From positions 1 to 60,917 of the forward strand of contig JBCCLG010000001.1 in assembly GCA_039027015.1 (NCBI GenBank): a stretch of DNA of 60,917 bases, read 5' to 3'. This document shows positions 7,935 to 15,743 of this stretch, one piece after another. The notes under the pieces are model-generated. The model saw only the letters and a list, made by a program, of their open reading frames with translations, was not told the origin of the DNA and made no database searches. Position numbers and translations under genes: made by a program. The DNA is from Acidobacteriota bacterium (GTDB lineage: Bacteria > Acidobacteriota > Thermoanaerobaculia > Multivoradales > J023). How positions within the stretch are numbered: position 1 is the first letter of the stretch; every line of letters starts with the position of its first letter.

Positions 7935-10087
7935 GGGAGAACGCGCGCCTCGCGGCGCTGGCCGCTGGCGCCAGCGCCGGCATCGCCCTCGGCTGGCCGG
8001 GAACCGACGCCCTGAAGTCGACCTTTTTGATGCTCCCCTGGGTGGTGCTCCTCGGATGCGCTGCGGTCCGGACTCTCGAGCCCGCAAGAGCCGGGATTCT
8101 TTACCCGCGTCTGGCGATGGCGTTCTGTGCGCTGGTGGCGTTCGCTCCGTGGCGCCACCGCCTCGGCTGGCCTTCGGTGGACCGCCTGTGGACGGCGGCC
8201 CTGCTGCTGATTCTGCTGGCCGCGCTGATCCGCGTCGCGCCGGCTCTCCGCCGCCGACTCGCGCGGCCCGGCCCTCCAGGACCGGCTTTCTTCCTCCTGC
8301 CGCTGGCCTTTTACCTGGCGATTCAGCCGTGGTCTCTCGACCATCGCCCCGTGGGCGGCGACGAGCCTTACTACCTGCTGCTCTCCCACAGCCTGGCCTT
8401 TGACGGCGATATGGACCTGGCGAACAACTACGCCGAGGAGGACTGGCGACGCTTCATGGATCGCCCGATCGAGGCCCAGCCGGGCGATCCCGTGGGCGAC
8501 GGAGGCGAGATCTTCTCGAGACACAGCGCGCTCTTGCCGGCGGTGCTGACGCCGGCCTACAGGATCGGCGGGCGGGCCGGGGCCGCCTTCATGCTGGCGC
8601 TGTGCTCCGCCGGAGTCGCCTGGTGGACCCTGGCCGTCGCCCGGCGCCTGTGGCCGGAATGCGGCACCGGCGGTCTGCTGGCCTGGGCGCTCCTCGCCTT
8701 CACTCCGCCGATGATGATCTACAGCCACCAGGTGTGGATCGAAGTCCCCGCGGCCCTGCTCTCGGTGGTGGCCCTCGACCGGCTGATCGTTCTGCACCAG
8801 GCCCGGCGGAGGGAACTCCCCCTCGAGGGCCGAGACCTGCTGATCCTCGCCGCGTCTCTGGCCCTGCTGCCGCTGCTCAAAATGCGCCTTTTGCTGGTGG
8901 CTGCTCCCCTCGCCCTGGCCGCTGCGGGGGTCCTCTCCCGGCGTGGCGCGATGATCTTCGCCGGCGGCCTCGGCACGGCGGTCTTGGGCCTCCTGGCCTA
9001 CAACCTGTGGCGCTATGACAACCCCTTCAAAATGTACAGCAGCGCGGAGATCGACGTGCTTCTCGAGAGCCCCCCGAGCCACTGGCTGCGCGGCTCGATC
9101 GGCATGTTCTACGACTCCTCCTTCGGGCTTTTCGCCACCGCGCCCCTGTGGTGGCTCCTGATTCCGGCATTTCTCGAGCTGGCCCGGCGTTCAGGTCGCC
9201 TCGCCCTCGGGACGATCGCCCTGATGGTGCCTTATCTGGCGGCGCTGGCGCCCCGGCTCGAGTGGTACGGAGGCTGGTCTCCGCCCTTCCGCTACCCGCT
9301 GGTTTTCCTGCCCTTGCTCGCCCTCGCCACCGTGCCCCTGCTCGAGCGCCGATTGGCCGGCACGCGGATCCTGGCCCTCGCTCTCGCCGCGCCCACGGTG
9401 CTGCTCGGCGCCCTGTGGCTGACCGTTCCCGGCTGGACCTATAACCTGGCCGACGGGGCGAGTCACGTTCTGCACCAGCTGGGCCTTTTGTGGCAGGCCG
9501 ATGTCGCCCGATTCTTCCCGTCGACCGTGCGCCCGCGGGCGGCCACCTGGTGGTGGGTGGCCCTCTCCGCGGCCGTCGCTCCCCTGGCCCTGGCCGACGG
9601 CGACTTCCTAAGACGTCAAGGCAGGGCCCTCGCCTGCGGCCTGCTCTTCGCCACCGCGGCGGCGCTGCCCCTGGCCGCCACGCGTCTGCCGACCCGGGTG
9701 GTCGAGGCGGAGGACGCGTGGGCGCGCAAGGAAGGCGGCCTGCTCCACCCGGAGCGCTGGCGTCCGCAGAGGCCCTACGAGATCGGAGCCTGGCGCATGA
9801 CCACCCAAGCTCGGCTCGAGGCGCCGGTGGTGCGAGGCGGCGAGGCGGCGGTGATCCGCCTGCACGTCAAGCGGGATACCGCCGGGCCCAGGAAATTCGA
9901 GATCTCGGCTGGCGAGGCGCCCATCGGCACGCTGGAGCTCGAGGAGCTGGCCGACTGGAGCTGGTACGAGTTCCGGATCGCGAGCTGGCCGCAGGGCGCG
10001 CCGCTGGTGATCTCCGCGCCGCAGCCCGACCCGAGACCGGAGATCGGCATGCTGCTCGACAGGGTGGAGATCTCGTGGCTCGATTGA
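7931..10087 (+). CDS. Large polytopic membrane protein, candidate GT-C-fold (ArnT/PMT-like) glycosyltransferase, with a soluble C-terminal domain
   Basis: 718 aa with more than 10 hydrophobic helices. The acidic first-loop motif GGDEPYYLLLSHSLAFDGDMDLANNY resembles the GT-C catalytic loop. The C-terminal ~140 aa are non-membrane. The call rests on architecture only. Confidence 0.5.
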   Translation: MRENARLAALAAGASAGIALGWPGTDALKSTFLMLPWVVLLGCAAVRTLEPARAGILYPRLAMAFCALVAFAPWRHRLGWPSVDRLWTAALLLILLAALIRVAPALRRRLARPGPPGPAFFLLPLAFYLAIQPWSLDHRPVGGDEPYYLLLSHSLAFDGDMDLANNYAEEDWRRFMDRPIEAQPGDPVGDGGEIFSRHSALLPAVLTPAYRIGGRAGAAFMLALCSAGVAWWTLAVARRLWPECGTGGLLAWALLAFTPPMMIYSHQVWIEVPAALLSVVALDRLIVLHQARRRELPLEGRDLLILAASLALLPLLKMRLLLVAAPLALAAAGVLSRRGAMIFAGGLGTAVLGLLAYNLWRYDNPFKMYSSAEIDVLLESPPSHWLRGSIGMFYDSSFGLFATAPLWWLLIPAFLELARRSGRLALGTIALMVPYLAALAPRLEWYGGWSPPFRYPLVFLPLLALATVPLLERRLAGTRILALALAAPTVLLGALWLTVPGWTYNLADGASHVLHQLGLLWQADVARFFPSTVRPRAATWWWVALSAAVAPLALADGDFLRRQGRALACGLLFATAAALPLAATRLPTRVVEAEDAWARKEGGLLHPERWRPQRPYEIGAWRMTTQARLEAPVVRGGEAAVIRLHVKRDTAGPRKFEISAGEAPIGTLELEELADWSWYEFRIASWPQGAPLVISAPQPDPRPEIGMLLDRVEISWLD

Positions 10088-11058
10088 GCATCGTGGTGCC
10101 CACGGCCGGCAAGAGCCCGTACCTCGAGTCGTGCCTGCGTCAGCTGCGCGGCGACGCCGCGGGTGCCGAGCTGATCCTGGCGGTCGCCCCCGGGGTGCCC
10201 ATCGAGGCCACCGTGGCCGAAGCCGCCGGCCTGTGCGACCGCGTTCTCGAGGTGCCGGCGGGCTTTGCGGCGGCCAACAATGCGGCCTTCGCCGCGGCCG
10301 AAGGCGACTACCTGGCGACGGTCAACGACGACGCCCTGATCGAGCCTGGCTGGAGCTCGGCCCTCACGGCTTTTCTCGACCGCAGGCCCGGGGTGGCCGC
10401 GGTGCAGGGTCTGGTTCTCCAGCACGATCCGGCGCGCCAGGGTCCCGAGCGGCTCGACGGCGCCGGCATCGGCTGGAATGCTTGGCTCCAGGCCGTTCAG
10501 ATCGGCCGCGACGCCGGCACGCCGGCGCGCTTCAAAACGCCCCGGCCGATCTTCGGGGTGTCGGCCACCGCGGCGGTCTACCGGCGCGCGGCGCTCGAGA
10601 AGCTTCCGGGGGGCCTCGCCAGCGCCTTCGACCCGCGCCTTTTCGCCTACTACGAGGACGTCGACCTGGCCCTGCGCCTGCGGGCGGCCGGGCACCAGGC
10701 GTGGCTCGTGCCCGAGGCGCGGGTGCAGCACGCGGGATCGGCCACCGGACGCGGGCTGCCGTTCGGAGGGCGAGCTTTGATCCACGGCAACCGCCACCTG
10801 GTGCTGGCCAGCCGACTCGCCGGCGGCGACTACCTGATCCGCCTGCCGCGCCTGCTGGCGCGCGACCTTCTGGACGCCGCGCACCACCTGCGGCGGGGCG
10901 AGGCGCGGGCCGCGCTCGGCGTGCTGGCGGGTCTCGCGCGGGCCGCTCGCCGGGTGCCGGCGAGGCTCTGGGCAAGGGGCGAGGAGCGGATTCCCGCCGC
11001 GTCTTTGATCCCGCTCTCCTCTCCTCATCCCAGCACCCTCGAGCAGCTTCGACGATGA
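10084..11058 (+). CDS. Family 2 glycosyltransferase
   Basis: LSIVVPTAGKSPYLESCL...ATVNDDALIEPGW...FGVSATAAVYRR...YYEDVDLALRLRAAG. Start is TTG 10084 (TTGA overlap with the upstream stop) or GTG 10075. The track ORF 9490..11058 is over-extended. Confidence 0.75.
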   Translation: MSIVVPTAGKSPYLESCLRQLRGDAAGAELILAVAPGVPIEATVAEAAGLCDRVLEVPAGFAAANNAAFAAAEGDYLATVNDDALIEPGWSSALTAFLDRRPGVAAVQGLVLQHDPARQGPERLDGAGIGWNAWLQAVQIGRDAGTPARFKTPRPIFGVSATAAVYRRAALEKLPGGLASAFDPRLFAYYEDVDLALRLRAAGHQAWLVPEARVQHAGSATGRGLPFGGRALIHGNRHLVLASRLAGGDYLIRLPRLLARDLLDAAHHLRRGEARAALGVLAGLARAARRVPARLWARGEERIPAASLIPLSSPHPSTLEQLRR

Positions 11059-12038
11059 GCCTCGAGCGATCTCCCGAAGAGGGCGGTGCGGCGCTAAGCG
11101 GCGTGGTGGTGCACTGGAACGATGAGGACGGCCTGCGCCGCCTGCTCGATGCCTGGCCCCGAGACGGCCGCTTTCCCCTGGTGGTGGTCGACAACAGCGG
11201 CGGGCTCGGGGCGGATTCCCTGCCGTCCGGCGTGATCTACGACGATCCCGAGGCGAACCTGGGCTTCGGCGGAGGCGTCGAGAGGGGGCGCAGGACCCTA
11301 GAGGCGCACGGGGTCAGGTGGCGCTGGCTGCTGATCCTGAATCCCGACGCCGTGCCCGAGCCCGGAGCCCTGGAGGACCTTCTCGAGGTGGCCGAGACCT
11401 GGCGGCGGGAGGACCCGCGGCTGGTGGGCGTAGCGCCGACTCTGCGCGATCCGGACGGCTCAGGCCAGCACCGCTGGCAGCTTCAGCCGCTGCCCTCGCC
11501 CGGCACGCTGATCGCCCAGGTCTTCTTCCTGGGCGGCGAGCGAGGACCCAAAGAAAGGCCCCTGGAAGGCGCCGAGGTGGAGCAGCCGGCGGCGGCGGTG
11601 CTCGCTCTTCACCGCGCGGCCCTGGACGGGCGGGGCATCCTCTTCGATCCCGGATATTTCCCCGCCTGGTTCGACGACGTGGACCTGGCCCGCCGCCTCA
11701 AGGACCGCGGCCTGCGCCTGCGCTATACCCGCCGCGCCGCCTTCGCGCACGCCCGGGGCGGCTCGGTGCCTGCCCTTGGATACGGGCGCTTTCTTTTTAT
11801 CTACTACCGGAATCTGGTGCGCTACCTGCGCCTGCACCACGGTGCAGGCTGGGCGCTTCTCGCGCGCTTGGTGCTGCCGCTCTCGCTTTCGCTCAGGGTC
11901 CTCCTGCTGCCGCTTCGCAAGCCTCGGCGGGCCGCGAGCCGGAGCCAGGCGGCCCGCGATCTGATGGGCGTCGCCCTGGGAGCCCTTTCCGGATGGCGGG
12001 CGCCCGCGGCGTGGGCGCGGGCGGGCGAGGATCGATGA
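11055..12038 (+). CDS. Family 2 glycosyltransferase (rhamnosyltransferase-like)
   Basis: From ATG 11055 (ATGA overlap): MSLERSPEEGGAALSGVVVHWNDEDGLRRLL...VVVDNSGG...LILNPDAVPEPGAL...FDDVDLARRLKDRG. Confidence 0.7.
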   Translation: MSLERSPEEGGAALSGVVVHWNDEDGLRRLLDAWPRDGRFPLVVVDNSGGLGADSLPSGVIYDDPEANLGFGGGVERGRRTLEAHGVRWRWLLILNPDAVPEPGALEDLLEVAETWRREDPRLVGVAPTLRDPDGSGQHRWQLQPLPSPGTLIAQVFFLGGERGPKERPLEGAEVEQPAAAVLALHRAALDGRGILFDPGYFPAWFDDVDLARRLKDRGLRLRYTRRAAFAHARGGSVPALGYGRFLFIYYRNLVRYLRLHHGAGWALLARLVLPLSLSLRVLLLPLRKPRRAASRSQAARDLMGVALGALSGWRAPAAWARAGEDR

Positions 12039-13066
12039 ACGCCCGCCCAAGGGTCGCCGTATGCCTCGTGACCTATAACTCGGCCGACGATTTGGCGGAG
12101 TGCCTGGAGGCCGTTGCGGCCCAGGATTATCGGCCCCTCGAGGTGGTGATCGCCGACTGCGGATCGGACGACAGAAGCGTTGAGATCGCCCGGCGGGTGG
12201 ATCTCGGAACGGGACTCCCGAAGACCGTGCTGCCGCTCGGCGAGAACCGCGGATTCTCGGGCGGCATGAACGCCTGCCTCGTCGCCTGCCGGGCGCCGTT
12301 CACCCTCGCCCTCAACGCCGACGCGCGGCCTTCGGGCGACTTCGTGAGCCGGCTGGTGGAGCGCTGCCTCGCCGCCGCGGATGTCGCCGCGGTCACCGGC
12401 CGGCTCACCCGCCCGGCGGCGGCTGGGGAACCCCGGAGGCTCGACGCCTGCGGCATGTATCTCACCTCCACGTGGCGTCACCTCGATCGCGGCTCGGGCG
12501 AGCTCGACGCCGGTCAATACTCGGAGCCCGAGGAGGTTTTCGGAGCCACCGGCGCCGCGACCCTCTACCGCCGGAGCGCCCTCGACGACGTGGCTTTCCC
12601 CGCGGGCGAGGTCTTCTGCGAGCTCTTCCACTCCTACCGCGAGGACGCCGAGCTCTGCTTTCGCTTCGCCGAGCGCGGCTGGCGGGTGATCTACGAACCG
12701 TCTGCGGTCGCCGAGCATCGGCGCAGGGTCGTGCCGGCGAACCGCAGACGGGTGCCGGACTCGATCAACCGCTCCTCTCTCAAAAACCGCTACCTGCTGC
12801 GCGCCTATCACCAAACCCTGGGCAACGCCTGGCGCACCGCCCTTCCCTGCCTGTCGAGGGACGTGCTCGCGCTCCTCTACGTGCTGGCACGAGAGCGCAG
12901 CTCCCTCGGGGCTTACGGCTTCTTGTGGCGCCACCGCCGGGAAGTCCTCCGGCGGCGTCGCTTTCTCAAGGAGCGGCGCACGGCCAGCGTGGAGGCCTGG
13001 TTCACGCGCCGCAGCAGGCCGATCGGCCGGGCGAACGCGGTTGGGGGCCCGCGGACGGATGGATAA
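12035..13066 (+). CDS. Family 2 glycosyltransferase
   Basis: From ATG 12035 (ATGA overlap): MNARPRVAVCLVTYNSADDLAECLEAVAAQDYRPLEVVIADCGSDD...LALNADARPSGDF...YREDAELCFRFAERGW. Confidence 0.8.
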   Translation: MNARPRVAVCLVTYNSADDLAECLEAVAAQDYRPLEVVIADCGSDDRSVEIARRVDLGTGLPKTVLPLGENRGFSGGMNACLVACRAPFTLALNADARPSGDFVSRLVERCLAAADVAAVTGRLTRPAAAGEPRRLDACGMYLTSTWRHLDRGSGELDAGQYSEPEEVFGATGAATLYRRSALDDVAFPAGEVFCELFHSYREDAELCFRFAERGWRVIYEPSAVAEHRRRVVPANRRRVPDSINRSSLKNRYLLRAYHQTLGNAWRTALPCLSRDVLALLYVLARERSSLGAYGFLWRHRREVLRRRRFLKERRTASVEAWFTRRSRPIGRANAVGGPRTDG

Positions 13067-14774
13067 ACTCGAAAGCACCGGTTTCTTCTTCACAACCCCC
13101 TGCCGCCGCGAGGTGCCCGTGCCGACATTTGACTGCGCATCCCTTCCGTCCGACCACCCGCGTGCCGAAGAGCTTCACGGGCTTCTTCTCGCCGCGATGC
13201 TCCTCGCTCTTCTCGCGGCGCCGGCCGTCGCGCAGAACTCCAGCGACCTCTTCATGGTGAGCGTCCAAACCTCCGGCGAGTCCGTTGAGGTCAGCGCGCC
13301 GGTGCGGCTCACGGATCGCGACGGCTACGACAATCAGCCGGCCTTCTCTCCGGACGGCCGCGCGGTCTACTACTCCTCCATGCGCGGCGAGCAGACCGAT
13401 ATTTGGGCGGTCGAAGTCCAGGGCATGAAGCCTCTTAAACCCAGGGCGGTTTTCGAGACTCCCGAAAGCGAGTACTCGCCGACCCCGATGCCGAGCTCGG
13501 TGTCGCCCGAGCCGGCGCTTTCGGTGGTGCGGGTCGAGGAGGACGGAAGCCAGCGCCTGTGGCGCCTGCCGCTCTCGGGCGGCGAACCCAGCCTGATTCT
13601 GCCGGCGATCAAACCCGTGGGCTACCACGCCTGGCTCGGAGACGAGCTGGCGCTCTTCGTGCTCGACGAGCCGCACCGCCTCGTGCGGACCTCGGCCTCC
13701 CGACCGAATCAAAGCCGCACCGTGGCCTCAGATATCGGCCGGGCGCTGCACCGCATTCCGGGCGAAGAGGCCTTTAGCTTCATGCTCAAAAGCGGCAACG
13801 GGCGCTTTGATGGCTGGCAGCTAACCCGGCTCGACGGGCAAAGCGACGGCCTCTCGCGCCTTGCGAGCTCCCTCGAAGGCCGCGAGGACGTGACCTGGTC
13901 TCCCGACGGCAGCCTGTGGTCGGCGGACGGCACCCGCCTGATGCGCTGGAATGGGAGCGCGGGCGGCGGCTCCTGGCAGGAGGTCGCGGATCTCGGCTCC
14001 CGCGGCATTCTCGGCGGCATCACGCGCCTGGCGTTCGACGCAGCGGGCGAGCGCCTGGTGCTGGTCGCGGGGCGGCTGCCGGCCAAGGTCCGCCGGCTGG
14101 AGATCGTCGATCGCGCGATCGCGCGGCACGGCGGCGATCGCTTCACCTCGAGCGACACCTCCCTCAAGGTCTGCTCGCGCTCCGGCTGCTTTGACGCGCG
14201 GGCTAAGATCGACGGGGATCGCTTCTTCTATGACGTTCGCGGCCAGCGCTCGCCCCAGGGAACGCGGCGCGTCGTGGCGACCCACGAGGGCGTTCAGCTC
14301 TTCGAGGACGGCCGCGAGGCCAGCTTTCCCGCCACGGGCGAACAGGGCCTGCGCGACTGGGCGATGGCGCGGGTTTACTTTCCCTTTCTGCCCTATCGGC
14401 TGAACGACCCGAGCGTCCTCAAGCAGGACCTGGGTCAGGAAACCTGGGGAAAGAAAACCCTGCACAAGGTTCGGGTCACCTTCGAGGCGGGTTCCTCCAC
14501 CGACGCCGACGATGTCTACCTCTATTGGTTCGACGCCGACACCGCCCAGCTGGTGCAGTTCGCCTACAGCTATGGGGGCAACCCCGGAGGAATCCGCTTC
14601 CGACAGCTGTTCAACGAGCGCCGGATAGGAGGCTTGGTCTTCTTCGATCAGAAGAATTTGGGCGCCGAGGGCGAAGGCCTGACCGTCGAGCGCCTGACCC
14701 CCGAGTCGGTTCGCGGCCTGCGCCACGTTTCGACGGTGACCTTCGAGGACATCGAGGTCCAGGACTTGAAGTGA
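13059..14774 (+). CDS. Secreted TolB-like beta-propeller protein with an uncharacterised C-terminal domain
   Basis: Hydrophobic signal-like stretch LLLAAMLLALLAAPAVAQ, then WD40-like TolB repeats (DGYDNQPAFSPDGRAVYYSSMRGEQTDIW). The C-terminal ~230 aa are unassigned. The start is uncertain: ATG 13059 overlaps the GT2 stop, and TTG 13041 or internal GTGs are also possible. Confidence 0.6.
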   Translation: MDKLESTGFFFTTPCRREVPVPTFDCASLPSDHPRAEELHGLLLAAMLLALLAAPAVAQNSSDLFMVSVQTSGESVEVSAPVRLTDRDGYDNQPAFSPDGRAVYYSSMRGEQTDIWAVEVQGMKPLKPRAVFETPESEYSPTPMPSSVSPEPALSVVRVEEDGSQRLWRLPLSGGEPSLILPAIKPVGYHAWLGDELALFVLDEPHRLVRTSASRPNQSRTVASDIGRALHRIPGEEAFSFMLKSGNGRFDGWQLTRLDGQSDGLSRLASSLEGREDVTWSPDGSLWSADGTRLMRWNGSAGGGSWQEVADLGSRGILGGITRLAFDAAGERLVLVAGRLPAKVRRLEIVDRAIARHGGDRFTSSDTSLKVCSRSGCFDARAKIDGDRFFYDVRGQRSPQGTRRVVATHEGVQLFEDGREASFPATGEQGLRDWAMARVYFPFLPYRLNDPSVLKQDLGQETWGKKTLHKVRVTFEAGSSTDADDVYLYWFDADTAQLVQFAYSYGGNPGGIRFRQLFNERRIGGLVFFDQKNLGAEGEGLTVERLTPESVRGLRHVSTVTFEDIEVQDLK

Positions 14775-14838
14775 CTCAGGACTTGAAGTGACTCAGGACT
14801 TGAAGTGACTCAGGACCTGAAGTGACTCAGGACCTGAA
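14760..14838. repeat. 17-bp tandem repeat, about 4.6 copies (caggacYtgaagtgact)
   Basis: Read directly. Units lie at 14760, 14777, 14794 and 14811, with a partial unit at 14828. Copies 4-5 carry a T-to-C change. The first copy encodes the last residues and the TGA stop of the upstream CDS. Confidence 0.92.
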
Positions 14839-14926
14839 ATCTAGGCGAGCGGGAGGCTCTGCGGCCCGTGAAGAGCCTTGAAGCCGCGGAAATCTTTTCG
14901 CGTAAGAGAGGGCGTGAGAAGGGCTC

Positions 14927-14954
14927 GGGAGGGCGGAATTTTTCCCGCCCTCCC
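14927..14954 (+). terminator. GC-rich hairpin (10-bp perfect stem gggagggcgg / ccgccctccc, 8-nt loop) downstream of the glycan operon
   Basis: Read directly. It is followed by aaaatg and has no U-tract on the + strand, so intrinsic terminator function is uncertain. Confidence 0.3.
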
Positions 14955-15248
14955 AAAATGTCTGGATACCGCCGGGGCCCATAAGGCCGGCGCTGCGCGG
15001 CCTTCGCGCCGTTAACTCGCTTATTTCGAAATATTTATGAGCCTTCGAAGGGCCGAGGCCACGGCGCGGCGCCTCTGGCCTACTTCTTGCTCCGTGCTGG
15101 GGATGTTGGCGGGATGAGACCCGGGAGATTCCAGAGGGTCTTTCTCAGCCCCAACCCGGCCCCGTCGCAGCTTCCAATAATTTTTCACCTCGAATGTGAC
15201 GGGTTCTTTCCCTTTAAGCCGCTCTTGATGCATACAAGGCTTCCGACC

Positions 15249-15743
15249 ATGGAAATTATCCCAATGTCCGATAAACAGACCCTTTCAATCGCGGAACGCC
15301 CCTGGCCGGTCCGCGGACTTTCCCTAGATCTCGACGACTTCGCTCTGCGCGTCTTCGGCGCCGTGGAGAAGGAGCTGGTGATCGACTGGCCCAATCTGAC
15401 CCGCCGAACGCCGACCCGCTCGGTACAGGCCGATCTGGACGCCACCACCGTGCGCGCGCAGACCCGCCAGTGGACCGGCGCGCCGCTGGAGGGCCTCCTG
15501 GAGGAAGCCGGCATTTCGCCCACCGCCTCCTGCGTGACCGCCTACAGCGAAGGCGGCTACTACACCCATCTCCGCCTCTACGACCTTCTCGACGGTAACC
15601 CGATCCTCGCCTACGAGGTCGACGGTCGGCCGCTCACCCGGAGCGACGGCGGACCGGTGCGCCTGGTTCTTCCGCGCCTGGCGCCCTGGCGCAGCGCCAA
15701 ATGGGTCCGTGGACTGGAGATCGAGAAGCTTCAGACCTGCTGA
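15249..15743 (+). CDS. Short oxidoreductase molybdopterin-binding-domain (sulfite oxidase/YedY-like fold) protein
   Basis: From ATG 15249: MEIIPMSDKQ...FALRVFGAVEKELVIDWPNL...WTGAPLEGLLEEAGI...ILAYEVDGRPLTRSDGGPVRLVLPRLAPWRSAKWVRGLEI. The position where I expect the Moco-ligand Cys (the H-C-V-T-like stretch) reads D-A-T-T. Confidence 0.6.
   Translation: MEIIPMSDKQTLSIAERPWPVRGLSLDLDDFALRVFGAVEKELVIDWPNLTRRTPTRSVQADLDATTVRAQTRQWTGAPLEGLLEEAGISPTASCVTAYSEGGYYTHLRLYDLLDGNPILAYEVDGRPLTRSDGGPVRLVLPRLAPWRSAKWVRGLEIEKLQTC

Noticed and set aside
7598-9082. 494-aa minus-strand ORF. Similar ORFs: 6368..7252, 9775..11028, 11460..12050, 11822..13093, 13002..13712 and 13821..14726.
   Set aside because: All are antisense to the coupled + strand glycan operon. 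They are Arg/Gly/Pro/Gln-rich, carry no recognisable motifs and have the wrong GC3 phase.
14760-14838. The tandem repeat considered as a CRISPR array
   Set aside because: The units are contiguous 17-mers with no spacers, and there are no cas genes in the window.
14840-15248. Riboswitch (for example Moco RNA) or small gene in the 470-bp gap upstream of the molybdopterin-fold gene, including the 70-aa minus ORF 15021..15233
   Set aside because: I could not recognise conserved Moco-motif elements by eye. The 70-aa ORF has no RBS, has atypical composition, and lies in what looks like promoter DNA. This needs a covariance-model search.
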